The notes under the pieces are model-generated. The model was not told the origin of the DNA and searched no databases. It worked only from the letters and a program-made list of their open reading frames with translations. A DNA stretch of 63,210 nt. Origin: Rickettsiales bacterium (GTDB lineage Bacteria; Pseudomonadota; Alphaproteobacteria; Rickettsiales; UBA1997). The stretch covers positions 1-63,210 of the forward strand of contig JBIKKP010000002.1 of NCBI GenBank assembly GCA_044360285.1, read 5' to 3'. The position numbers were made by a program, and so were the translations under genes. Shown here piece after piece: positions 1-8,910 of the stretch (positions are counted from its first letter, which is position 1; every line of letters begins with the position of its first letter).

Positions 1-761
1 CGGTAAATATGAAGCTTCTTGCTCGCACGACGCGTGAAGTAAATTTAACAAATGAAGGTAGAGAGTTTTTTGAACGTTGTGAGGAGATAATGACAAAGGT
101 CGATCACCTAAATGACTTTCTTGATGAGTGCAAAGAAATCAGCGGAGTCCTGAAAATCGTGCTCCCGCCCTACTTCAGCAGATATCACATAATCCCATAT
201 TTCGAAGAATTTTTAGCACTTCATCCCAAGTTAAAACTCAACATCACCCTCACCGAAAATCCGGTTAACATCATAAAAGAAGGCTACGACCTACAAGTCA
301 GAATCCAAATTCCCTCAGAAGAAAATCTTGAGGTCGCACATCTTGCTTCCAATCACAAAATCGTCTGCGCTTCACCAAAATATCTCAAAAAACACGGCAC
401 ACCAAAAGAGCCGGAAGATCTGCTCAACCACAACTGCATAATCTTTGGCGAAAACAAAGCGTGGGAATTCCGTAACATAAAAACCAAAAAAATTACCAAA
501 CTCAACAAAATCGACGGCAACATAAAATGCGACAATGGCGAGATCATCAAAGAACTTACTTTGCTTGGTCTTGGCATCACCCTAAAATCTTCGCGCGATG
601 TTTCTGACGAACTTAAAAGTGGTAAGATTGTGCAACTTTTGCCCGACTACGAGATCCTTCACCAAACCAAATTCTACATCGTTTATCCATCAGGTCGCAG
701 CGACTCGCCGAAACTGAAAGCCTTCATCAAATTTTTTAAAGAAAAGTTGAGTGAAAAATAA
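1..761 (+). CDS. LysR-family transcriptional regulator, 5'-truncated by the window edge
   Basis: The reading frame is open from the left edge. '..LLARTTREVNLTNEGREFF' looks like the end of a LysR HTH/linker and is followed by a ~200-aa LysR substrate-binding-like domain. Confidence 0.75.
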   Translation, partial: VNMKLLARTTREVNLTNEGREFFERCEEIMTKVDHLNDFLDECKEISGVLKIVLPPYFSRYHIIPYFEEFLALHPKLKLNITLTENPVNIIKEGYDLQVRIQIPSEENLEVAHLASNHKIVCASPKYLKKHGTPKEPEDLLNHNCIIFGENKAWEFRNIKTKKITKLNKIDGNIKCDNGEIIKELTLLGLGITLKSSRDVSDELKSGKIVQLLPDYEILHQTKFYIVYPSGRSDSPKLKAFIKFFKEKLSEK

Positions 762-883
762 TTGGCTAAAAACCGATCTAATTATCACCAAGCAATTTTC
801 TGCAGCAAAACGATTCTAACAGCTTATAGAAAAGTCGCCTTCCAAAAACACCCGAAAGAACTTTTGCAAAAAAACGCCAAACC

Positions 884-1741
884 ATGCCAAGCAAACCAAA
901 AACCATCGAGATATTTTTGCCAGACGGTGATCCAAAAGGAATCAGAACCGCAAGCATCACAAGCAGAACAATCGAAGCTACTTACATACCTCGTAAAAGA
1001 ATCGATTACGCTCGCAGCAAAGACAGCCTCGCCTCACCTGGCGTTTATGTCTTGGCAGCAAATTCGCAAAACAGCTCTAAGCCCGAAGTTTACATTGGCG
1101 AAACCGAAAACTTCATCCAGCGCTTAAACACGCATCACGCCAGAATGGATTTCTGGGAATACGCAATTGCCTTCACTTCCAAAACCGGTTTCTTTACCAA
1201 AACACACGTCAAATATCTTGAATGGCTTTTTTACCAAATTGCTACCAAAGCCAATCGCTGTAAGCTTCACAACTCAGAGCAATCAAAACCAAAAAAGCCT
1301 CACTTAAGCGAATCCGTTGAGGCTGATTTGATGGATAATTTTGAAACCATTTCGGTTTTGATTTCAGTTTTAGGTTTAAACATTTTCCAAGAAATTGCGC
1401 GCAGCGAAAAAGATAATTTTATTTTTGAGTGCAAGAGTGGCAAAGGATGTTACGGAAAAGGAAGATACACCGAAGAAGGTTTGGTGGTTTTTAAAGGCGC
1501 TAAATGCTCAAAAGAAATTTCTAAAAGATTTCAAGAAACCCATCCTCCTTTGATTCGAAACACTTTGATTGAAGATAAAATCTTAGTTGAAAAAGGTGCT
1601 TTCTACGAACTGCAAGAAGACTATCCCTTCACCAGTCCATCAACAGCAGCACAAATAATTTTAGGCTCACCAGCAAATGGTTGGACGAGCTGGAAACTTT
1701 CTGACGGAAAAACTTTGGACGAAATTTATAGGAAAAATTAA
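884..1741 (+). CDS. GIY-YIG nuclease domain protein with DUF4357-type C-terminal domain (methylase-associated)
   Basis: ATG start. GIY-YIG-like core 'GVYVL..VYIGETENFIQRLNTHH'. The C-terminal tail 'FTSPSTAAQIILGSPANGWTSWK' is typical of DUF4357. The stop lies 11 nt before the methylase start. Confidence 0.7.
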   Translation: MPSKPKTIEIFLPDGDPKGIRTASITSRTIEATYIPRKRIDYARSKDSLASPGVYVLAANSQNSSKPEVYIGETENFIQRLNTHHARMDFWEYAIAFTSKTGFFTKTHVKYLEWLFYQIATKANRCKLHNSEQSKPKKPHLSESVEADLMDNFETISVLISVLGLNIFQEIARSEKDNFIFECKSGKGCYGKGRYTEEGLVVFKGAKCSKEISKRFQETHPPLIRNTLIEDKILVEKGAFYELQEDYPFTSPSTAAQIILGSPANGWTSWKLSDGKTLDEIYRKN

Positions 1742-1752
1742 TAAACTACCAA

Positions 1753-3744
1753 ATGACAAACTTAGCTACGATCTTAAAGGATTCTGATTACAAATTGACT
1801 CAATTTAGCGAGTCAAAAATCAAAGCTTTGGAAAACAAAATTTTTGCCAAAGAAGGTAAGACTGGTTTTTATACCAACTGCCTTGTGCGCGAGAAAGAAA
1901 TTAAGCTCACTCCCGAAGAAACCATGCGCCAACTCTTTGTGATGGTCTTGAGTGAAGATTTTGGTTATCCAACAAAACGCCTTCAACTTGAATATAGCGT
2001 TGTTTTTGGGCGCGAAACAAAACGTGCCGATATTTGCATTTTTGACAAAGATAATCCAACCGCTGCTTATATTTTAGTTGAGCTAAAAAAGCCAAAACTC
2101 AAAGACGGTAAAGAGCAATTAAAAAGCTACTGCAACGCTACTGGAGCACCAATCGGAGTTTGGACTAATGGCGAGCAAATTTCTTTTTATCACCGCAAAG
2201 ATCCAAATTACTTTGAAGACATCCCAAACATCCCAAATGCTACTGAAAAACTTTCCGATGTTTTAGCAGAACGTTGGACAATTGATGATCTGATTAAACA
2301 CGACAAATTAGTTAATCAAAAAAAGACCTTAAAAGGAATCATTCTGGAAATGGAGGATGAGGTTCTAGCTAATGCTGGCGTGGATGTATTCGAAGAACTA
2401 TTTAAACTTATCTTCACCAAACTTTATGACGAGATGGAATCAGGACGTGACAAAAAGCGTCATCTGGTTTTCAAAAATTATGGCGACACTGAAAGCGAGC
2501 TCAAAGCCAAAATCCAAGACCTCTTCGACAAAGCTAAAAGAAAATGGGAAGGCGTTTTTTCTGAGGATGCAAAAATCCAACTAACCCAAAGCCACCTGGC
2601 TGTGTGTATTGCCTCACTTGAAACCATTAAGCTTTTCAACTCAAACCTCGAGGTAGTTGATGAAGCATTTGAATACCTCATCAACAAATCTAGCAAAGGC
2701 GAAAAAGGACAATATTTCACGCCACGCTATGTCATCGACATGTGCGTTAAAATGCTAAACCCGAAAGAAGAGGAAACTCTAATAGACACTGCATCAGGAA
2801 GTTGCGGGTTTCCTGTACATGGTATTTTCCACGTTTGGGAAAAAATTATGAATGAAGAAGGCTTAAGCAAAAGCCACTTATTCACAGCCGAGAAAAAACC
2901 AGCGCGTTGCGAAAACTATGTTCAAGAAAAAGTCTTCGCTATCGACTTCGATGAAAAAGCGGTGCGAGTTGGAAGAACTTTGAACCTGATTGCAGGCGAC
3001 GGCCAAACCAATGTTCTGCATTTAAATACCCTAGATTTTGAACGCTGGGATGAAAACACTAAAGAGGAAAGATGGCTCGATATCTACCTAGAAGGCTGGA
3101 AAAAATTAAAAAAACTCAGAAGTAAAAAAGACGACAATCATGATTTTGGTTTCGATGTTTTGATGGCAAATCCTCCCTTTGCTGGAGAAGTTAAGGAAAG
3201 CCGAATCCTTGCTAAATATGAGCTGGGTAAAAAAGAAAATGGAAAATACCAAACCAAAGTTGATCGAGATATTCTCTTTATTGAAAGAAATTTGAATTTT
3301 CTAAAACCTGGTGGACGTATGGCAGTTGTGCTTCCGCAAGGCCGCTTCAACAATTCATCCGATAAACAAATCCGCGAATTTATTGCAGAAAGATGCCGAA
3401 TTTTAGCGGTTGTCGGTCTTCACGGGAATGTTTTTAAACCTCACACCGGAACTAAAACCAGCGTGTTATTTGTGCAGAAGTGGAATGAGGACAAGAAAGC
3501 TGGTGCGCTTTGTCCAAAAATTGACGACTACCCTATTTTCTTTGCTACTATGCAAGAACCAAGCAAAGACAATTCAGGTGATAAAATTTACATTAAAAAC
3601 GCTGATGGCACACCAAAGCTCGACACTCACGGGCATTTGATCGTCAAACATGATCTCTTCAATCACGATGGATTAACCAAAGACGGCATCACAGAAGCCT
3701 TCATCGAATTTGCTAAAAAGGAGCGACTAAGTTTTTTTCTCTAA
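1753..3744 (+). CDS. hsdM: N6-adenine DNA methyltransferase (HsdM-like) with an N-terminal HsdR_N-type PD-(D/E)xK-like module
   Basis: 663 aa. SAM-binding motif 'LIDTASGSCGFP' and catalytic 'LMANPPFAGE' (NPPF). The N-terminal ~170 aa contain 'RADICIFD...YILVELKKP', a D...ExK pattern. Confidence 0.85.
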   Translation: MTNLATILKDSDYKLTQFSESKIKALENKIFAKEGKTGFYTNCLVREKEIKLTPEETMRQLFVMVLSEDFGYPTKRLQLEYSVVFGRETKRADICIFDKDNPTAAYILVELKKPKLKDGKEQLKSYCNATGAPIGVWTNGEQISFYHRKDPNYFEDIPNIPNATEKLSDVLAERWTIDDLIKHDKLVNQKKTLKGIILEMEDEVLANAGVDVFEELFKLIFTKLYDEMESGRDKKRHLVFKNYGDTESELKAKIQDLFDKAKRKWEGVFSEDAKIQLTQSHLAVCIASLETIKLFNSNLEVVDEAFEYLINKSSKGEKGQYFTPRYVIDMCVKMLNPKEEETLIDTASGSCGFPVHGIFHVWEKIMNEEGLSKSHLFTAEKKPARCENYVQEKVFAIDFDEKAVRVGRTLNLIAGDGQTNVLHLNTLDFERWDENTKEERWLDIYLEGWKKLKKLRSKKDDNHDFGFDVLMANPPFAGEVKESRILAKYELGKKENGKYQTKVDRDILFIERNLNFLKPGGRMAVVLPQGRFNNSSDKQIREFIAERCRILAVVGLHGNVFKPHTGTKTSVLFVQKWNEDKKAGALCPKIDDYPIFFATMQEPSKDNSGDKIYIKNADGTPKLDTHGHLIVKHDLFNHDGLTKDGITEAFIEFAKKERLSFFL

Positions 3745-3773
3745 GCCCTTTTGATGAAGCCAAATACAGGGCT

Positions 3774-5219
3774 TTGTTGGAAGGGCTGGAGATAAGTGAG
3801 GTGATGTTGAGTAGCTTGGAGTATAGCGGCAGATTAGACTCTGAGTATTACCGCCCAATGTTCTTACAATACGAGAGCAAGCTGAAAAGTAAAAATAGCT
3901 CCACCTTATCAACGCTTGCTAATTTTTTGATTGGTCCGTTTGGATCTGCTTTTACAGTTGATAACTACACAAGTGACAAAACTTATCGCTACATTCGTGG
4001 TAAAGATGTGAAGCAAATGAAGTTAATGGATGACGATAACGTTTATGTTCCAAAGTCAGATTTTGAAAGGCTTTCCAAGTATGCTCTAAAGGAAAATGAC
4101 ATTCTTGTTTCCGTTGTTGGAACACTTGGAAACGCCGCACTCATTCGTAAAGAAAACACTCCTGCAATTTTTAGCTGCAAAAGCACTGTTTTGAGGGTGC
4201 GGAATATCAACGCATCCTATCTGCTTGTTTACATCAATTCGAAATATGGACGATCTTTGTTATTGAGAAAGGAGCGTGGAGCCATACAGAAAGGTCTGAA
4301 CCTTGACGATTTGAAAACACTCGATGTCTATGTTGCAAATAAGGCGCTTCAGGATTCGGTTGAAAACATTCTGAATTTATCCATTACGAAGGAAAATGAG
4401 TCAAAATCCCTCTACACCAAAGCCGAAGCCTTACTCCTCAAATCTCTTGGCTTAGAAAATTTTTCTCCAAGCAGCAAAAACACTAACATCAAATCTTTCA
4501 AAAGATCCTTCCAGGCCACCAGCCGACTTGATGCCGAATACTACCAGCCGAAATATGAGGAGATAATCGACCATATCAAAACCCAACCTCATGCAAAATT
4601 GTCTGAATTGGTTACGATCAAGAAATCCATCGAGCCCGGCTCTGATGAATATTCTGACAACGAAGATGGTTTGCCATTTTTGCGCGTTGCCGACTACAAC
4701 AAATTTGGCATTACCGAGCCACAAAAAAAACTTAAAACCTCTTTCGTCACTGAAAATCAAAGCAAGTTAGACTCTTTGATGCCAAATGCTGAAACGATTT
4801 TATTTTCTAAAGATGGCAGCGTTGGAGAAGCTCATTGCTTGAGCAAAGATTCAAACTTCATCACATCTGGCGCTGTTTTGCACCTTACGGTTCGCGATAA
4901 GAAAAAGGTTTTGCCTGATTATTTGACGCTTGTTCTCAATTCAAAATTAGTCAAAATGCAAGCCGAGCGTGACGCCGGCGGATCGATCATTTTACACTGG
5001 CGAGTTGGTGAGATTGAAGAGGTTTTAGTTCCCGTTATCGACCCAAAAACCCAATCTCAAATCTCCTCCCTAGTCCAAGAAAGCTTCGCTCTAAAATCCA
5101 AAAGCGAAAAACTCCTCGAAACCGCCAAACAGGCCGTCGAAATGGCAATTGAAGAGTCAGAAGAAAAGGCAACTGCTTTTATCGACAAAGAATCAAGAAA
5201 TCTTTCTGATGTTGCATAA
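3774..5219 (+). CDS. hsdS: Restriction-modification specificity subunit (HsdS-like, two target-recognition domains)
   Basis: Two internally similar halves are each preceded by 'RLD(S/A)EYY(R/Q)P'. TRD-like blocks include 'DILVSVVGTLG' and 'ILFSKDGSVG'. The track start 3774 is TTG, and an ATG preceded by GAGG lies at 3804, so the true start is ambiguous. Confidence 0.8.
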   Translation: MLEGLEISEVMLSSLEYSGRLDSEYYRPMFLQYESKLKSKNSSTLSTLANFLIGPFGSAFTVDNYTSDKTYRYIRGKDVKQMKLMDDDNVYVPKSDFERLSKYALKENDILVSVVGTLGNAALIRKENTPAIFSCKSTVLRVRNINASYLLVYINSKYGRSLLLRKERGAIQKGLNLDDLKTLDVYVANKALQDSVENILNLSITKENESKSLYTKAEALLLKSLGLENFSPSSKNTNIKSFKRSFQATSRLDAEYYQPKYEEIIDHIKTQPHAKLSELVTIKKSIEPGSDEYSDNEDGLPFLRVADYNKFGITEPQKKLKTSFVTENQSKLDSLMPNAETILFSKDGSVGEAHCLSKDSNFITSGAVLHLTVRDKKKVLPDYLTLVLNSKLVKMQAERDAGGSIILHWRVGEIEEVLVPVIDPKTQSQISSLVQESFALKSKSEKLLETAKQAVEMAIEESEEKATAFIDKESRNLSDVA

Positions 5220-5988
5220 GCCAATAAATTTAAGCCAAACCCTCAACCTGGATCCTGAAACAAATATCGCTTACGAAGAAACTTTTAGAAAATATTTAGA
5301 CTTTATCGGTGACAATCCCCTTGTCCTTGGTGAGCGAATAAAATTCTCAAACAAGCCGATTAACAAAGGAGATCTTTGCTTTTCTGGTTTAGGCGGAAGA
5401 GGAATAATAAAAAAATTCGATAGGGATGAATGGAGACCTGGAGTTTGGCAAAAAGTTGATTTGAGTAGCGGTGAAATTACTGAAAACTATCTGATCTGGG
5501 TTCTGCAACAAAAACCGATTCTTGACTATCTAGAGCTTTTTAGCCAAGGATCTTTCATTTCATTGATTCCGAAACGGAAAGTTATCGAGCTAAAAATACC
5601 AAAACCAAAACGTGGTGCGGTTTACGAGATCAATAAAACTAAGTATCGCGATGAATACGATATTCTTTTATCAGAGCTGTCGAAATGCGATAAGAACGAC
5701 ATGTTCCTTTCGGGATCTATTCTGATTGGTTCAATAGCCGAAGGATTGGCTGAGGGTATTTTGCTAGATAAGGAAATCAAAAATGTCGAAGGCAAACCTC
5801 TTGGTGTGAAAATTATGGAGCTTGAAAAAACCGATGTTTCTGGTGCTTACATTGAAGCACTTAAGGAGATTAATAGGCTAAGAAAGAAGATTCACATCAA
5901 TCGACTAAGAGAATCCAAAATTCTTAAGGAAGACTTTTTGCGAGCAAAAGACAAGTTAGCGTATTTGATCAAAGAATTTGGTATTTAG
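5209..5988 (+). CDS. Hypothetical protein: half-TRD (HsdS-like) N-domain fused to a helical, HEPN-like C-domain
   Basis: I moved the start to ATG 5209, where ATGTTGCATAA overlaps the hsdS stop. 'KGDLCFSGLGGRG' and 'ENYLIWVLQQKP..LIPKRKVIELKIPKP' parallel both TRDs of the adjacent HsdS. The C-terminal half is helical and contains 'NRLRKKIH' (R-x5-H). Confidence 0.6.
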   Translation: MLHKPINLSQTLNLDPETNIAYEETFRKYLDFIGDNPLVLGERIKFSNKPINKGDLCFSGLGGRGIIKKFDRDEWRPGVWQKVDLSSGEITENYLIWVLQQKPILDYLELFSQGSFISLIPKRKVIELKIPKPKRGAVYEINKTKYRDEYDILLSELSKCDKNDMFLSGSILIGSIAEGLAEGILLDKEIKNVEGKPLGVKIMELEKTDVSGAYIEALKEINRLRKKIHINRLRESKILKEDFLRAKDKLAYLIKEFGI

Positions 5989-6365
5989 AAAAAAAATTAG
6001 GGGTAAAAATGGGGGTAAATCTCTTTTCCCCAAAACCACCAAACCAACACCACCAAGGCTATAGCCCGCCAAATATGGCTGCCGTCACTCCTTCCACTAT
6101 CCAGCACAATAAAAAGATATCCATCTAGCCCTTAAAAAAACAAACGGCATACCGAAGTCAGCTCAGCAAAATCTTATCAAATTTTAATCAGGCTCGTTGG
6201 TGGCTTTTGGGTTAAAAAATTCTTTCGATAAATAAAGTGATTCACCCAATATCACTCACCCAAAAACCCCACATCAAATTTCCTTTGATTCCTTAAGACT
6301 CTACGTCAGAAGGCTTGTGACTTCGGCTTTTTGTTCCAATGAAAACTAACTAACTTCCATAAAAA

Positions 6366-7496
6366 ATGGTAAAACCTACATCCTCTGTTTTTACAACTTC
6401 TTCATCTCAATCTGGCGCTACCAGGGAAGATAAAGATTCACGATATGGCGGCACGGATATTGGTTTTTTACCTCCTATCGAAGAAGAAACTGAGCAACAA
6501 CTGGAAGAAGAGCTCGATCCAGCCGAGGAAAAAGCGCAAAAAGAAGGTCAAGTTGCAGAAGGTCCAAGGCAAGATTCTCACAAAAAAACCACTGCATCAG
6601 CAAAAGATGATGATGATGAAGAAAAAGAAAATAGCGCCGTCAGAAAAGTGACTGAAGCAGCTTTCACAGCAATAGCAATGATAGCTAACTTCGTTGCCAA
6701 TCTTCTTGGCTTCAGACAAAAATTACAGAAAAGCAAACAAGGCGAACGAGATCAAAGAGGGTTAGATGCAGAGGAAGGTCTTGATGGCCCATCGCCAGAA
6801 GAAATAGCTAAAAAACAGGTCTCTCAACTTTTTGCAGCTTTCAGAAAAGCTATTGGCATTAAAGATGGTGATGCGCCAGAGCTAGAGACTGAATTACCAA
6901 CCGCACTTGGTTCAATAGAAAGTCCAGACGCAACCAGAGAAGAGCAAGCAAAGGCCGGAATGGGAATTCTAGCTAGAGAAGCAAAAGCTCATGCCGAAGG
7001 CAGATCTGAAGAAGGCGCAATGACCAGAAGAAGTCCGGGACTTGCTATGCCTCAAGGTGCGTTTAATGCACTTCGTCACTCTCTTGGACTTGATCCAGAA
7101 GATATGGAAGGATTTGCTAATGCGATGGTGACATATTGCCGAGTGACTCATATCAAAAAACCCGATGGAACAACAATTGAGATAACAGAATGGCGTCTTG
7201 AATCACCAAGTGCTAGACAAGCAATGGGTGAACCAGAACAAGCGCCAAGAACTTCTCCAAGAGTTGAAGAGGTTTTTGAAGAAGAAGGTGACAAAGAAGC
7301 ACCGCCACTAGCAATTGAAGATATAAGTGTCGACGGAGATGCAAGAGCTCTAGCCGCAGAAGTTGCTCCAGAATTACGCGCTTCTCTTGGTGATATCGGT
7401 GAACTTTCTGAAGCCGCAGGAGGCGAAGCTGCACACGGCACAACTCAAACACTCAGAGCAGGTCCTGGTCTTGTTGACACAGGTCGTGGTGGCTAA
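6366..7496 (+). CDS. Hypothetical acidic, low-complexity (E/A/G-rich) protein with one central hydrophobic segment
   Basis: 376-aa ORF with an ATG start and clear GAA/GCA-rich codon periodicity. It appears locally more GC-rich than its neighbours. It has no signal peptide and one hydrophobic stretch, 'AAFTAIAMIANFVANLLGF'. I recognise no family. Confidence 0.55.
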   Translation: MVKPTSSVFTTSSSQSGATREDKDSRYGGTDIGFLPPIEEETEQQLEEELDPAEEKAQKEGQVAEGPRQDSHKKTTASAKDDDDEEKENSAVRKVTEAAFTAIAMIANFVANLLGFRQKLQKSKQGERDQRGLDAEEGLDGPSPEEIAKKQVSQLFAAFRKAIGIKDGDAPELETELPTALGSIESPDATREEQAKAGMGILAREAKAHAEGRSEEGAMTRRSPGLAMPQGAFNALRHSLGLDPEDMEGFANAMVTYCRVTHIKKPDGTTIEITEWRLESPSARQAMGEPEQAPRTSPRVEEVFEEEGDKEAPPLAIEDISVDGDARALAAEVAPELRASLGDIGELSEAAGGEAAHGTTQTLRAGPGLVDTGRGG

Positions 7497-7523
7497 TAAA
7501 TCAAAGCAACACAGCTTATTCAA

Positions 7524-8741
7524 ATGAAAAAAATTTCCGTAAAAAATCCAGTAGTTGAAATTGACGGCGATGAAATGACGCGCGTGATTTGGAAGATGAT
7601 CAAAGAAAAATTGATCACACCTTATCTCGATTTGAACATCCGCTATTTCGACCTTAGCGTAGAAAATCGTGATGCAACTTCTGACCAAGTGACCATCGAT
7701 GCAGCTAATGCCATCAAGGAATGCGGCGTTGGCATCAAATGCGCCACAATCACTCCCGACGAAGCGCGCAAAAAAGAATTTAACCTCAAGGAAATTTGGA
7801 AATCACCAAACGGCACCATTCGCAACATTTTGGATGGCACAGTTTTTCGTGAACCAATAGTTTGCCGCAACGTCCCTCGCCTCGTTTCCAACTGGACCTC
7901 ACCAATCATCGTCGGCCGTCACGCTTTTGGCGATCAATATAAAGCCACAGATTTCGTCGTGCCTGGCAAAGGCAAACTCACCATCAAATTCGAAGGCGAG
8001 GATGGAAAAATAATCGAGCACGAAGTCTATAAATTCAAAGGCAGCGGCGTTGCTTTGGCGATGTATAACACTGAAGAATCAATCCGCGGTTTTGCTTATT
8101 CTTGCTTCAACCTTGCGCTGCAAAAAGGCTGGCCGCTTTATCTGTCGACCAAAAATACGATTCTAAAAAAATATGACGGCCGCTTCAAAGATATTTTCGC
8201 CGAAATTTTTGAGAAAGAATTCAAAGAAAAATTCGCTGAGAAAAAAATAGTTTACGAACACCGCCTAATTGATGACATGGTCGCCAGCGCCCTAAAATGG
8301 AGCGGCAGTTTCATCTGGGCCTGCAAAAATTATGACGGCGACGTGCAGTCAGATTCGGTTGCGCAAGGTTTTGGATCTTTGGGCCTGATGACTTCAGTTT
8401 TAATCACCCCAGATGGAAAAACCATGGAAGCTGAAGCAGCGCACGGCACGGTGACTCGCCACTTCCGCGATCACCAGGCGGGCAAACCAACTTCCACAAA
8501 TCCAATGGCATCAATTTTTGCCTGGACAAGAGGCCTTGAATTCCGCGGCAAACTTGACGGCAATGATGAGCTCATCGCCTTCTGCCACAAGCTTGAACAA
8601 GTTTGCATCGAAACTGTTGAGTTGGGAAAAATGACGAAAGACCTCGCCGTTTGCATCCACGGCAATTCTGCGAAACACGGTGAACATTATCTCTACACCG
8701 AAGAATTTTTGGATGCGGTTGCTAAACGTTTAGCGTCGTAA
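7524..8741 (+). CDS. icd: NADP-dependent isocitrate dehydrogenase, eukaryote-like (IDH1/2-type) homodimeric form
   Basis: 405 aa. The N-terminus '[34 protein letters not shown]' and 'GTVTRHFR' are hallmarks of the IDH1/2-like subfamily. Confidence 0.9.
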   Translation: MKKISVKNPVVEIDGDEMTRVIWKMIKEKLITPYLDLNIRYFDLSVENRDATSDQVTIDAANAIKECGVGIKCATITPDEARKKEFNLKEIWKSPNGTIRNILDGTVFREPIVCRNVPRLVSNWTSPIIVGRHAFGDQYKATDFVVPGKGKLTIKFEGEDGKIIEHEVYKFKGSGVALAMYNTEESIRGFAYSCFNLALQKGWPLYLSTKNTILKKYDGRFKDIFAEIFEKEFKEKFAEKKIVYEHRLIDDMVASALKWSGSFIWACKNYDGDVQSDSVAQGFGSLGLMTSVLITPDGKTMEAEAAHGTVTRHFRDHQAGKPTSTNPMASIFAWTRGLEFRGKLDGNDELIAFCHKLEQVCIETVELGKMTKDLAVCIHGNSAKHGEHYLYTEEFLDAVAKRLAS

Positions 8742-8793
8742 AACCTCCACATCCGTAATTTACCTCCACCAACCCTCATCCACTTCCCCCCAG

Positions 8794-8888
8794 CCGTCAT
8801 CCTTGGAACGCGTTAGCGTTTCGAGGATCTCGTGCGTTTAGCGCAGAACATAACAAGATCCTCGAGGCCTTCGGCCTCAAGGATGACG
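8794..8888. repeat. Family-1 palindromic (cloverleaf) element, copy A
   Basis: CCGTCATCCTTG...CGAGGATCTCG...GATCCTCG...CAAGGATGACG, with self-complementary side arms AACGC/GCGTT and GAGGCC/GGCCTC. Confidence 0.9.
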
Positions 8889-8910
8889 AGTATGTTGAAA
8901 CGCGACTGTT

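Noticed and set aside
762-1127. 121-aa ORF overlapping the start of the GIY-YIG/DUF4357 gene in another frame.
   Set aside because: The product is low-complexity and K/Q-rich with no motif. The overlapping 884-1741 frame has clear family signatures.
884-6365. The RM island as an integrated prophage or integrative element.
   Set aside because: I saw no integrase, recombinase, tRNA attachment site or clear direct repeats at the borders. There is only a weak 15-nt inverted repeat in the right-hand gap.
6445-7688. Several ORFs lie inside or antisense to the acidic-protein gene: 6445-6651, 6969-7151, 7148-7441, 7213-7452 and 7374-7688.
   Set aside because: These are typical shadow ORFs of a locally GC-richer, GAA/GCA-periodic coding region. 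Only the 6366-7496 frame is long and consistent.
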